DNA of 64,000 nucleotides from an uncultured Gammaproteobacteria bacterium (GCA_963773065.1 CAVYZN010000009.1:32001-96000); one strand, 5' to 3'. Counted from the first letter of the stretch, positions 10,203-21,800 are shown. The notes: a model not told the origin generated them from the letters alone. A program made the numbers and translations.

Positions 10203-11783
10203 ATGAGCGCCAAGCTACTAAAAAATACTGTGATTGTTGGCGCGATGACGCTGATATCCCGGGTGTTGGGCCTGGTGCGGGACATGGTCATGGCCTGGTT
10301 CGGCGCCACGGCCGGCATGGATGCCTTCTTCGTCGCCTTCAAGATCCCGAATTTCCTGCGCCGCCTGTTTGCCGAAGGGGCCTTCTCGCAGGCCTTCGTG
10401 CCGATCATCTCCGAGTACAAGGAACAGCGTTCCCATGCCGCGGTGCGGGACCTGGTCAACCGGGTGGCCGGTACCTTCGGCGGGGTACTGATCCTGATTA
10501 CCGTGGTGGGCGTGCTGGCCAGCCCGGTCGTGGTCACGGTGTTCGCCCCGGGATTCCTGTATACGGACAGCGCCAGATTCGACCTGGCATCGCAGATGCT
10601 GCGTATCACCTTTCCCTATATCCTGTTTGTTTCGCTGGTGGCCTTCGCGGCCGGCATACTCAATACCTATGGCCGCTTTGCCACGCCGTCGCTCGCGCCG
10701 GTGTGGTTGAACGTCGTCATGATCGGCGCCGCGTTGTTCGTCGCCCCCCATCTGGAGCGGCCGGTGCTGGCGCTGGCGGGCGGGGTGTTCGTTGCCGGCG
10801 TGGTGCAGGTGCTGTACATGCTGCCGTCGCTGCGGCGCATCGGGTTGTTGCCGCGGCCTCGCTGGGACATCCGGGACGAGGGCGTGCGGCGCATCATGAG
10901 GCTCATGCTGCCGGGCATATTCGGTTCCTCGGTCGCCCAGATCAACCTGCTGCTCGACACCCTGATCGCCTCCTTCCTGGTGACCGGCAGCGTGACGTGG
11001 CTGTACTACTCCGACCGACTGGTGGAATTTCCTCTCGGCGTTTTCGCCATCGCCCTGTCGACGGTCATACTCCCGAGTCTCTCGCGCAGTCATGCCAACG
11101 CCTCTGAAGAGGAGTTTTCCGCCACGGTTGACTGGGGCCTGCGTCTGGTGCTGCTGGTCGGGATACCTTCGATGATCGGCCTGATCATACTGGCGCGGCC
11201 CGTGCTGGCCACGCTGTTCCTTTATCATGACTTCACGCTATGGGATGTACGCATGGCGAGTCTGAGTCTGATGACGATGTCATTCGGATTGCCGGCCTTC
11301 ATGCTGATCAAGGTGCTGGCCCCGGCATTCTACTCACGCAAGGATCCGCGGACGCCGGTGCGCATCGCGGTGATCTCCCTGGTGACCAACCTCTTGTTCA
11401 ATCTGATCATCGTAATTCCGATGGTGCGTCTGGGGGTGCCCGGCCCACATGCCGGGCTGGCGTTCGCGACCTCCATTGCCGCCTATGTCAATGCCGGGCT
11501 GCTGTTCCGGGTTCTGTACCGTAAACGGATTTATCAGCCGCACGCCGGATGGCGGAAATATCTCCTCCAGCTTGGTTCGGCCGCCGCCGCGATGGCCGGT
11601 GTGTTGCTGTGGGGAGCTCCGGCCCTGGCGGAATGGGCCGCCTGGCCTGCCGGACATCGTGGTCTGGTCCTCCTCGCCTGGGTATGCGCGGGACTGGCGG
11701 TTTATTTCCTCACCCTGCGCGCCGGCGGCCTGCAGGTCTCGACGCTGTGGACTACCGGGCATGCGGCCGAGGAGGGTGCATGA
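10203..11783 (+). CDS. murJ: lipid II flippase MurJ
   Basis: SRVLGLVRD, AFKIPNFLRRLFAEGAFSQAFVP; many TM segments. Confidence 0.97.
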   Translation: MSAKLLKNTVIVGAMTLISRVLGLVRDMVMAWFGATAGMDAFFVAFKIPNFLRRLFAEGAFSQAFVPIISEYKEQRSHAAVRDLVNRVAGTFGGVLILITVVGVLASPVVVTVFAPGFLYTDSARFDLASQMLRITFPYILFVSLVAFAAGILNTYGRFATPSLAPVWLNVVMIGAALFVAPHLERPVLALAGGVFVAGVVQVLYMLPSLRRIGLLPRPRWDIRDEGVRRIMRLMLPGIFGSSVAQINLLLDTLIASFLVTGSVTWLYYSDRLVEFPLGVFAIALSTVILPSLSRSHANASEEEFSATVDWGLRLVLLVGIPSMIGLIILARPVLATLFLYHDFTLWDVRMASLSLMTMSFGLPAFMLIKVLAPAFYSRKDPRTPVRIAVISLVTNLLFNLIIVIPMVRLGVPGPHAGLAFATSIAAYVNAGLLFRVLYRKRIYQPHAGWRKYLLQLGSAAAAMAGVLLWGAPALAEWAAWPAGHRGLVLLAWVCAGLAVYFLTLRAGGLQVSTLWTTGHAAEEGA

Positions 11784-11841
11784 AACACCGCCCGGGTGCT
11801 ATACACTAGGCTTTTGTTCGGGCGGTCTCGGCTAAATTACC

Positions 11842-12768
11842 TTGGAACTGGTTCGCGGCATTCATAACCTGCGTCCCCGCCACCGGGGGTGCGCCGCTAC
11901 CATCGGTAATTTCGATGGCGTGCACCTCGGGCACCAGGCCGTGCTCGGGCAATTGTCGGAACACGCCGAGATGCTGCGCCTGCCGGTAACGGTCATCATG
12001 TTTGAACCACAACCGCGGGAATACTTCACCCCGGAGAGGGTGCCGCCCCGATTAACGCGGTTGAGGGAAAAGGTGGAGGCGCTGCGCCGCTTTGGCGTGG
12101 ACCGGGTGCTTTGTCTGCGTTTTGGCGACTTCCTGGCCAAGCTGTTGCCGGAGGAGTTTATCCGTATCATCCTGCTGGAAGGGCTGGAGGTGAAATATCT
12201 CGTGGTCGGGGATGATTTCCGGTTTGGCAGGGGCCGGGCCGGGAATTTCACACTGCTCGATCGCGCCGGGGCCGCCCATGGATTCTCCGTCGTGAATATG
12301 CATACCTTCAATATCGACGGGAAGCGCGTCAGCAGCACGCGCGTTCGCGAGGCGCTGGGGGCGGGTGACCTGGTGGCGGCGGAATCCCTGCTGGGCCGGC
12401 CCTACCGCATGAGCGGCCGGGTGGCGCATGGCGACAAACGCGGGCGGACGATCGGTTTCCCGACGGCCAATATCTTCCTGCACCGCAGCGCAACACCGGT
12501 GCAGGGCGTGTTCGCGGTGGAATTGTTCGGGGTGGAGGGCGAACCCGTGCGGGGCGTCGCCAATGTCGGAAACCGTCCGACCGTGGACGGCACGCGCAGC
12601 CTGCTGGAAGTTCACCTGTTCGATTTCAACCGGGATATCTACGGGCGCCACGTGCAGGTCGATTTCCTGCACAAGATCAGGGCGGAACGGCGTTTCGAGA
12701 GTATCGATGCCCTGCGGCGGCAGATCGAGGACGATGCGACAAAGGCGCGCGCCTGGTTTAAAGGCTGA
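11842..12768 (+). CDS. ribF: riboflavin kinase / FAD synthetase
   Basis: TIGNFDGVHLGH, VGDDFRFG, GRTIGFPTAN. Confidence 0.97.
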   Translation: MELVRGIHNLRPRHRGCAATIGNFDGVHLGHQAVLGQLSEHAEMLRLPVTVIMFEPQPREYFTPERVPPRLTRLREKVEALRRFGVDRVLCLRFGDFLAKLLPEEFIRIILLEGLEVKYLVVGDDFRFGRGRAGNFTLLDRAGAAHGFSVVNMHTFNIDGKRVSSTRVREALGAGDLVAAESLLGRPYRMSGRVAHGDKRGRTIGFPTANIFLHRSATPVQGVFAVELFGVEGEPVRGVANVGNRPTVDGTRSLLEVHLFDFNRDIYGRHVQVDFLHKIRAERRFESIDALRRQIEDDATKARAWFKG

Positions 12769-13247
12769 TTCACCGCAGAGACGCAGAGGACGCCGGGTAT
12801 TTATTAAAATATTAAAGATCCAAAGCACTGAATACCAGGGAGGGTATATATGGGCGATGCAGGTCTGTTAACAGGCCGGATAATTTCAGCGGCTATCGAG
12901 GTACATCGTTATTTAGGCCCTGGATTGCTTGAATCAGCGTATGAGCAATGCCTGTGCTGGGAATTACATCAAAGGGGAATAAATTTTGAGAGACAGGTGG
13001 ATTTACCGATAACTACAAGGGTTACAGAATGGATTCGGTTATCGCTTGATCTCGTCATGACCACGTGGTTGTTGAGTTGAAAGCGGTCAGGCAACTGGAA
13101 AAGATCCACGAAGCACAACTCCTGACCTATCTGAAGTTAACGGGAAAACTTGGTCTTTGTTGAACTTTAATGTCGTGCTTTTGAAAATGGTATTAAACGT
13201 ATTGTTATCGTTTATAACTTCGCGTCCTTCGCGCCTCTGCGGTGAAT
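12768..13247. mobile_element. inverted-repeat-bounded insertion carrying a GxxExxY gene
   Basis: Left arm 12768-12793 ATTCACCGCAGAGACGCAGAGGACGC and right arm 13222-13247 (revcomp ATTCACCGCAGAGGCGCGAAGGACGC) match at 23/26; AT-rich interior; separates normally adjacent ribF and ileS. Mobility is inferred. Confidence 0.7.
12850..13217 (+). CDS. GxxExxY protein (PD-(D/E)XK fold), multiply frameshifted
   Basis: [22 protein letters not shown] (GxxExxY); in shifted frames [26 protein letters not shown] and LNFN...GIKRIV. Could be a pseudogene or assembly error. Confidence 0.88.
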
Positions 13248-13253
13248 TAATCA

Positions 13254-16101
13254 ATGGCTGATTACAAAAATACCCTGAATCTTCCCAACACGGCTTTCCC
13301 CATGAAGGGCAATCTGCCCCAGCGCGAACCGGAGATACTCCAGCGCTGGGAAGCCATGGACCTCTACGGCACGCTGCGCGAGGCCTGCCGGGGACGCCCG
13401 CGATTCGTGCTGCATGACGGGCCGCCCTACGCCAATGGCGACATCCATATCGGCCATGCCGTCAACAAGGTCCTGAAGGACATCATCGTCAAGAGCAAGA
13501 CCCTGAGCGGGTTCGATGCGCCCTATATTCCCGGTTGGGACTGCCACGGCCTGCCGATCGAACTCAATGTCGAGAAGCAGGCCGGCAAGCCCGGCGTCAA
13601 GGTGGATGCGGCGCAGTTCAGGAAGGCCTGCCGCGAATATGCCAGCCAGCAGGTCGAAGGCCAGCGGCGTGATTTCATTCGCCTGGGGGTGGTGGGCGAT
13701 TGGCGGAATTCCTATCTCACCATGCAGTACCGCATCGAGGCCGATATCATACGCGCGCTGGGCAGGATCGCCGGGAACCGCCACCTCACCAAAGGCTACA
13801 AACCGGTGCACTGGTGCACGGATTGCGGCTCCGCGCTGGCGGAGGCCGAAGTGGAATACGAGGACAAGGATACTTTCGCCATCGATGTCCGCTTCCCGGT
13901 GCTGAATGAGCAGGCGCTGCTCGCGCGCTGTCACCATACCGAGGGACATTGCGGAGAAGGCCCGCTGGCCGTCGTGATCTGGACCACCACACCCTGGACG
14001 CTGCCGGCCAACCGCGCGGTCGCGCTCAATCCGGCGCTGGACTATGTCGTGGTGCAGTGCGATACCGGCCACGGGCAGGAGCGGCTGCTGCTGGCCGATG
14101 CGCTGTTAAAGGACGCCATGGGCCGTTTCAATGCGGAGAAATACCGAGGTGCTGGCCTATTGCAAGGGGAGCGATCTGGAAGGGCTGAAACTCGCGCATC
14201 CGTTCTACCAGCGCGAGGTGCCGGTCATACTCGGCGAACACGTCACCACGGAGGCGGGCACCGGCGCCGTTCATACCGCGCCCGGGCATGGCCAGGAAGA
14301 CTATATCGTCGGACGCCATTACAATCTGGCGGTCGACAATCCGGTCGGCGGCGATGGCCGGTTTCTTCCGGATACCGAACTGTTTGCCGGACAGCATGTC
14401 TTCGTGGCCAACAATTCCGTCATCGAGGTTCTGAAGAGCCGCGCGGCGCTGGTGCATGAAGAGAAGCTGCGGCACAGTTATCCGCACTGCTGGCGGCACA
14501 AGACGCCGATCATCTTCCGCGCCACGCCGCAATGGTTCATCAGCATGGAGCAGAATCATCTGCGCACGGCGGCATTGAGCGAGATCCGGCAGGTCGAATG
14601 GACACCGGAATGGGGGCAGGCGCGCATCGCCGGCATGGTGGAGAATCGCCCGGACTGGTGCATCTCGCGCCAGCGGACCTGGGGTGTGCCGATCCCGCTG
14701 TTCGTGCACAGGGAAAGCGGCGAACTGCACCCGGACAGCGCCAGCCACATCGAGTCCATCGCCCGGCGCGTCGAAGAGCGGGGTATCGAAGCCTGGTATG
14801 AACTGGATCCGGCCGAGCTGCTCGGCGGCGCTGCTCCCGATTATGAAAAGGCGTCCGACACGCTGGATGTCTGGTTCGACTCCGGCGTGACCCACTTTGC
14901 CGTGCTGCGGCAGCGCGAGGATCTGGCGTTTCCGGCCGACCTCTACCTGGAAGGCTCCGACCAGCATCGCGGCTGGTTCCAGTCTTCGCTGCTCACCTCG
15001 GTCGCCATGTGCGGCATGGCGCCCTACAAGGCGGTGCTGACCCATGGCTTTACCGTCGATGCCGGCGGCCAGAAGATGTCCAAATCCCGAGGCAATGTGG
15101 TGGCCCCGCAGAAGGTGGTGAATGCGCTCGGCGCCGATATCCTGCGCCTGTGGGTGGCCGCAACCGACTACCGCGGCGAGATGTCGGTCTCGGACGAGAT
15201 CCTGAAACGCATGGGCGAGGCTTATCGCCGCCTGCGCAACACCGCCCGTTTCCTGCTCGCCAATCTGAACGGTTTCGATCCCGCCGCGGACCTGCTGGAT
15301 CCGCGGCAAATGCTGAGTCTCGACCGCTGGACCGTCGATCGTACCCGCTTGCTGCAGGAACGGGTGCGACAGGCTTATGACGATTATGAATTCCACCGCA
15401 TCTATCAGCTCGTGCACAACTTCTGCACGGTGGATATGGGCAGCTTCTATCTGGATATCATCAAGGACCGGCAGTACACCACGCGTGCCGACGGCATCCC
15501 GCGGCGCTCGGCGCAGACGGCGATGTACCACGTGGTCGAGGCGCTGGTGCGCTGGTTCGCGCCGATCATGAGTTTCACCGCCGAGGAGATCTGGCAGCAC
15601 CTCCCGGGACCGCGCGCCGCATCGGTTTTTCTCTCGACCTGGCATGAGCTGCCGCCGGTCTGCCCTACGGACTCCGAGGTCCGGCGGCACATGGATGCCG
15701 ATTACTGGGACCGGGTCATCGAGGTGCGTGAGGCGGTCAGCAAGGAACTGGAGAAGTTGCGCGTGGGCGGCGGGATCGGTTCCTCGCTCGATGCCGAGGT
15801 GGATCTCTATGCCGATGCGGAAACCGCCGGACTGTTGCGCGCCCTGGAGGACGAGCTGCGCTTCGTGCTGATCACTTCCTATGCCCGCGTCCATGACGCC
15901 GCCGCCCGTCCGGCCGAGGCGGTTGAGGCCGGCGTTCCCGGACGGCAACTGTGGCTACGGGTTGCGCCTTCGGCGCACGCCAAGTGCGTGCGCTGCTGGC
16001 ACCATCGCGAGGACGTGGGTGAGAATCCGCAACATCCCGAACTCTGCGGCCGTTGCATCGAGAACATCGCGGGCGACGGTGAATTGCGCCGTTACGCCTG
16101 A
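13254..16101 (+). CDS. ileS: isoleucine--tRNA ligase (type 1), one apparent frameshift near 14145
   Basis: [19 protein letters not shown]-terminal CVRC/CGRC zinc finger; two overlapping ORFs join by removing one base. Confidence 0.97.
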
Positions 16102-16125
16102 ACCCGTCTTGCGGAGCAATCGAGC

Positions 16126-16602
16126 ATGAAATGGTTCTGGCTTGCCGGGGTGGTGCTGATCCTGGATCAAGGCAGCAAATGGATCGCCGATTCCCTGTTG
16201 GATCCGCACGACTCCATCCCGCTGCTGCCGATCCTTGCCCTGCGCAAGACCTACAATCCGGGCGCGGCCTTCAGCTTTCTGAGCGATGCCGCCGGCTGGC
16301 AGCGTTGGTTCTTCGTCGGGTTGGCGTTAGTGGTTATCGTCGTGCTCGTGGCCTGGCTGCGGCGTCTCCCCCAGGGGCAGGGACGCATGGCGCTTGCGCT
16401 GGCGCTGATACTGGGCGGGGCGGCGGGCAACCTGATCGACCGGTTGCTCTACGGTCATGTCATCGATTTCATCGACCTGTATTACCGCGCCTGGCACTGG
16501 CCGACGTTCAATATCGCCGATTCGGCGATCACGCTCGGCGCCGCGCTGCTGCTGCTCGATGCCTTCCTGGGGCGCAGGGAAGAAACCCCGGGAAAACAAT
16601 GA
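16126..16602 (+). CDS. lspA: lipoprotein signal peptidase II
   Basis: NPGAAFSFL, GNLIDR, VIDF, FNIADSAI. Confidence 0.97.
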   Translation: MKWFWLAGVVLILDQGSKWIADSLLDPHDSIPLLPILALRKTYNPGAAFSFLSDAAGWQRWFFVGLALVVIVVLVAWLRRLPQGQGRMALALALILGGAAGNLIDRLLYGHVIDFIDLYYRAWHWPTFNIADSAITLGAALLLLDAFLGRREETPGKQ

Positions 16603-17112
16603 GCGATGTGCGCCCTGCAGTGATGACATCCAGGGGGGCAGTTTTGACCAGACGTGTGAAATATCCCATCGGCGCGGGCAGCACCGTCACCCTGCATTTC
16701 TCGCTCACGCTGGAAGACGGCACGGTGGCCGAAAGCACCCTTGATGGTGAGCCGCATACCTTCATCATGGGTGACGGGTCGCTGCTGCGCGGTCTGGAAC
16801 TGGCGCTCTACGGCCTGCGTCCGGGCGATACCCAGCGCCTGCTGCTGCACCCCGAACAGACCTTCGGGATGCGCGATCCGGCCAACATTCATCACCTGCC
16901 GCGCGCGGAGTTCGCTGACGACATCACCCTGGAACCGGGCATCATCATCGGCTTCACCGACACCGGCGGCGAGGAGATACCCGGGACCGTTCTGTCCGCG
17001 ACCGAAGCGGCCGTCGAGGTGGACTTCAATCACCCGCTGGCGGGCCATGCCGTCACCTTTGACGTGGAAATCATCGACGTGATCCCCGCGGATATCGATG
17101 ACCGCCGATTGA
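16599..17112 (+). CDS. fkpB: FKBP-type peptidyl-prolyl isomerase FkpB/SlpA
   Basis: VTLHFSLTLEDGTVAEST...VDFNHPLAG; lies between lspA and ispH. As assembled the ORF reads through to 17291; TGA at 17110-12 is the probable true stop (one extra base). Start may be GTG 16656. Confidence 0.88.
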
Positions 17113-17114
17113 TG

Positions 17115-17285
17115 TTCACCGCAAAGGCGCAGAGGATCGCAGAGAAAATACGTTGCTTCAAAGTGAAACCATTGATCAACGCGAAAGATTTCTTCAGAAT
17201 CATGGCAAAAGATCCAGTGCGTAAATCGGTTTCTTCATTGAACAGCAATAGTTTTTCTCTGCGTCCTTTGCGTCTTTGCGGTGGA
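17115..17285. repeat. gene-less CGCARAG inverted-repeat element
   Basis: Left arm 17115-17148 and right arm 17253-17285 pair over 33 bp; same motif family as 12768-13247. Confidence 0.9.
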
Positions 17286-17359
17286 TGTTGAACTTGTTTG
17301 CATGGTGTACCCTACGATCAGTTCATACGCACCTTGCACCCAGGTTGAATCAACCCGCC

Positions 17360-18292
17360 ATGCAAATCCTGTTAGCCAATCCCCGCGGATTCTGCGCCGG
17401 CGTCGACCGCGCGATCGAGATCGTCGAGCGGGCGCTGGAACTGTTCGGCGCGCCGATCTACGTCCGGCATGAAGTGGTGCACAACCGCCATGTCGTGGAA
17501 GGTCTGCGCGCGCGCGGCACGGTGTTCGTCGATGAATTGGACGAGGTGCCGGACGGCGCCACCGTCATCTTCAGCGCCCACGGCGTCTCCCGGGCGGTGC
17601 ATGAGGAGGGGGCGCGTCGCGGCCTGCGCGTGTTCGATGCCACCTGCCCGCTGGTCACCAAGGTGCATCTCGAGGTCAGCCGCCACGCGCGGGAAGGACG
17701 CGAATGTATCCTGATCGGGCACAAGGGACACCCGGAGGTGGAAGGCACCATGGGCCAGTACGATGGCTCCCGCGGCGGCGCCATGTACCTCGTCGAGACA
17801 CCTCATGATGTTGCGCAGCTTGCGGTCAGGCGCCCGGATAACCTGGCGTTCGTCACCCAGACCACCCTCTCGGTCGATGACACGGCGTGCGTGATCGATA
17901 GGCTGCGGGAGCGGTTCCCGCGTATCCAGGGACCGCGCAAGGATGATATCTGCTACGCCACCCAGAACCGGCAGGATGCCGTCAAGGCCCTGGCCGGAAG
18001 ATGTGATGTCTTTCTGGTGGTCGGCTCACCCAACAGCTCCAACTCCAACCGGCTGCGCGAAATCGCGGAAAAGCAGGGCGTGCCGGCTTACCTCGTGGAT
18101 GAGGCGGATGAGATCCGCAGGGAATGGGTGGCGGGCAGGCGGAGCGTCGGCGTCACCGCCGGCGCCTCCGCGCCGCAGGCGCTGGTCAACGGCGTGGTCG
18201 AACGGCTGCGCGCCTGGGGCGGTGAAGTGGTGGTGGAGTCACAGGGCCGGCAGGAGAAGGTGACATTTTCCCTGCCGCGGGCGCTGCAGTAG
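17360..18292 (+). CDS. ispH: 4-hydroxy-3-methylbut-2-enyl diphosphate reductase
   Basis: [38 protein letters not shown]. Confidence 0.97.
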   Translation: MQILLANPRGFCAGVDRAIEIVERALELFGAPIYVRHEVVHNRHVVEGLRARGTVFVDELDEVPDGATVIFSAHGVSRAVHEEGARRGLRVFDATCPLVTKVHLEVSRHAREGRECILIGHKGHPEVEGTMGQYDGSRGGAMYLVETPHDVAQLAVRRPDNLAFVTQTTLSVDDTACVIDRLRERFPRIQGPRKDDICYATQNRQDAVKALAGRCDVFLVVGSPNSSNSNRLREIAEKQGVPAYLVDEADEIRREWVAGRRSVGVTAGASAPQALVNGVVERLRAWGGEVVVESQGRQEKVTFSLPRALQ

Positions 18293-18330
18293 GCGCCCCG
18301 GCTAGGCAATATGGCTGACGGCGCGAAAGG

Positions 18331-18750
18331 CTATTTCCAGCAATCGTCTAAGGGCAGGGAGCCACCGCTGATAGTCTTTACTCCCTGTGAAGTCAGGGTA
18401 AAGGTTCCGCACTTGTCTTTTACCTGCGTACCTTTTCGCGCGGCACTGACCGTGAAGCCTATATTGTCCTGAGCGACGATAGTCAAGGTGTAATAATCGG
18501 AAGCGAAGGAAGGAAAGACATCGGCGACGGCGATGTCGGTGCCATCGGCCTTGGTATAAGTGCCTACATCGGAATAATGCCGCTCCATGCGATCCGCCAA
18601 CTGCAGCAGCGCGCTCATGCCATCGGCGCGCCGCGACTTCATGACCTGGTCCCGGTAAGAGGGGTAGCCGATGGCGGCGATAATGCCGATGATCGCCACC
18701 ACGATCATCAGTTCCATCAGGGTAAAACCACGCATCTTGTTCGGCATCAT
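18331..18750 (-). CDS. pilE: type IV minor pilin PilE
   Basis: RGFTLMELMIVVAIIGII prepilin motif, SRRADG, DKCGTFTL; last gene of the minor pilin operon. Confidence 0.9.
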   Translation of the reverse strand: MMPNKMRGFTLMELMIVVAIIGIIAAIGYPSYRDQVMKSRRADGMSALLQLADRMERHYSDVGTYTKADGTDIAVADVFPSFASDYYTLTIVAQDNIGFTVSAARKGTQVKDKCGTFTLTSQGVKTISGGSLPLDDCWK

Positions 18751-18829
18751 GATGTTTCTTCCTGTACCAGTCGTCGTTGCCTCGCGCACGGCCGGGAACG
18801 GCCGGCCGTGCGCGAGGGAGGGTTGCTGT

Positions 18830-21800
18830 CTACTGCCTTATATCGACCCAGTTGCGGCGGCCATAGGCGAAGTTGGGGCCTTTGGCCTCGAGGTCGATCG
18901 TCTCGATGGTCGTCACATCGGCGGGGGTTCCGTCGATCGGTGGACGAATTACCGCTGCCACCGTCATCCAGTTGGCCCTTGTCGATGTCGAGGAGTTTCT
19001 GCTCCGGGACATGGCCGGGGGCATAATCACGGTACTTGTCATACTGGGCCAGGTCCGGATTGTCGGCCAGCAGTTGACCGAGTTCCAGCAGCGCCTGGTT
19101 GATGGCTGCCTCGTCGCTGTAGCGCCTGCGCCGCTTCCAGCGCCTGCAGGGCCGCGGCGTATTGCGTCGACCAGGCTCCAGGATCGGGTCGGTCAGTTTC
19201 TTGTATTCACCGTAGGTCAGGCCGCCGAGCTCGATGTTGACCTTGCCCGCGTAGTTGGGGTCGCCGTAGCACGGGGTGCTGGCGGGGTCCGCATTGCGCA
19301 TTTCATCCACCAGGGCGCTGTAGTGCCAGAACATGGTCACTTCATAGAGCAGGCCGCTCTCATTCGGACCCTTGGTGGTGTCGTCGGCCGTGATGGTCCC
19401 CTTGCTGCTGACCGTAAAGGCCTTGGCAACGGTGCCACCAAAACGGGTTCCCTTGTTGTTCGGCAGGGTGCTTGCAGCCTGCAGCGTGTATTCAGCCGCA
19501 TTGGTGCCGTTGTTGACCTTGAGCAGTTGCACCGTCAGGGCGCCGTTGCGCCAGCGGTAGCCGGACCCCTCCTTGCTGGGCAGCGCGGTGATATGCAGGT
19601 TCTTCGCCGGATCGCGCAGATAGTCCATCGGTGGTACCGATTTCGGATCCACGCCGCCGCAGTTGTTGTAGGTTTTCGGTGTCACCGTACCTGCCTTGAT
19701 CGCGGCCACGGCCGCCTCCGCCCGTGTCAGGGTGGCCCGGTCCGTGTAGCAGATCTTGTCCCGGTAGTCGTGCAATCCCAGCACACACGCCGGCCGCGTG
19801 GCGTGGATGCCCGCCTTGAGTATCGACTGCTGCCCGAAGCCGACGCGCAGCGTCGGTGTCTCGCTGAGCCCGTGCTGGATCGCATAGTCCCCGGTGGGGC
19901 AGGTCGTACTGGGTCTAGCGTAGATATCCGCCAGGGTGAAGACGAGACCGCCGCCATTGACGGTATCAACCAGCGCCGAGGGCGCCTTCCCGCTTTCGAG
20001 CTGGGCGGTGATCATGTCCTCGTAGGCTTTCACCGGCCAGGTGCGGCAGCCGATCTGCAGGATGCCGTCGTTGGAACGGTCCGCATTGGCCAGCACCACG
20101 ATGAACTTCTGGTTCGGATCGAGCGGCGTGGTGCCCCCCAGGGCATAGACCTCGGACTGCATGCTGCCTTCGGCGACGCCGTTGGCGTCGGTCTGCAGGG
20201 TGTCGTAGGCCCGGTTCAGTTCGCCTTCCACGGCCTCGATGCACTTGTCGCCGCTGCTTGTCGACACCGTGACCTGCTTGCTATTGGTGGCGGTGCTGCA
20301 GGGCGCCGAGACCGCTGACGACGGCTTCCAGGCTGGCCAGGCCGCGCCGCGGTTCCAACTGGAACAGATCAACCCAGGTGACGCCGTTGATGGTGTCGTA
20401 CTCGTGCACATGGCCGTCAACGCCGCGGCCCAGCCCGTCGCTGGTCGTGACGTTGTAGCCCTCGCTGTGCTTGCTCACCGCGTTCGGGGCGACGCTCCCG
20501 CCCAGAAAGGCGGAATTCGGGCTGTCCGTTTCCACGTCGATATGGCCGTTGAAGAAGGGCCCGGACGGCGCCGGGAGTGGCGGGAGCGGCAGGATGATGC
20601 CGTTGATGAACATCTTGTCGGTGCCGAGCCTCAAGCGGGCGAAGGTCGGCTGGGCGATATTGCCGACGCCCAGCCCCAGGGCGACCGGCGCCTTGTGGGG
20701 TGCCGCTGACCGTAACGGTATCGCCGTCGTCGAGAACGTTATCGCCGTTCAGGTTGTAGACCACGGTGTTTAGGCGCTCAGTGTGCCATCGCCCCCGGTG
20801 GCATAGTCCAGCGACATGACCCAACTGTCGCCCTCCAGCGTGCGTGTGCCGCAATTGAGACCGGTCGGGTTGTTGCTGACGAACTGCACGCGGCCGGCGC
20901 GCACGAAGGGCGTGCCCAGCAGCCGCTCGCCGCAATTCGGCAGCGCCACCGTCCAGCCCTTGTGCAGGGTGCATGAGGTCGACGGGAACGGGCAGCGGTA
21001 ATTGACCGCCTGCTCGGTGGGGACGATCCGTACGTTTTCCGTCGGACCGCCGCTGATGAACTGCTTGCTGGTTTCGGCCAGCGTCTGGGTCTGCAGGTCA
21101 GAGCTGTCGTAGGGCAGACCGGCCTTGAACGCCGTCACGACTGTTGTGTCGGTCGAAAGATATTCGGAGGTATCGATCCAGATGCCATAGATGGCCTGTT
21201 TCTTGATGAAGTTGCCGGAGCCGGCGGGGTCCTCCCCGTCATTCAGGGCATCCTCGATGCTGAAGACGCTGCCGGTACCGAAATAGACCATGTAGCCCTC
21301 TTCGGTCGGATGTTTAGCCACGGTCGGTGCGTTGCTGATAGGCTGGTCGGGACTGCCATCGAAAACCTTGATGTAGGTACTGGCTCCCGGGTTGGACTGG
21401 TTGATTTCGAACATCCACAGGTCGCCATTGAGGTCGCCGGCGAAGGCCAGATCGGGTATGTCGTCACCATCCGTGCTGAGCAGCGTGGGCGCCGACAGGC
21501 CGCCGAGGCTGCCGCTGACCGTGACGGTATGGACGGTGTTGAAGTCATCCAGGCTGACGAACTTCAGCGTGGTGGGGTGCCCGCTGGCCGTGCTGTAGCC
21601 GTTGCCGGTGATGATGTACCAGTCGGGGTCGGCATTGTCGGTCCCGAGCGGGGCGATCTGCGGTTTGCCGTAGATGTAGCCGAAGCCGTCAGACAAGGTT
21701 TTTTCGAACAGGATCTTGCTGCCGGTGAAGGCCGGGTCGGTCATGTCCAGCGCGAACAGGCCGGCGAAGCCCGGACCGCCCCCGCCGGCGAGGATGGTGT

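Noticed and set aside
14128-14160. Frameshift in ileS as pseudogene or programmed frameshift
   Set aside because: Essential gene, a single extra base with no slippery motif; similar indels occur across thiO, wza, the sugar transferase and pil genes, so assembly error is most likely.
16131-17291. 386 aa ORF fusing an lspA-overlapping frame, fkpB and an extension
   Set aside because: N-terminus is an alternate frame of lspA; C-terminal extension is a translation of the repeat arms.
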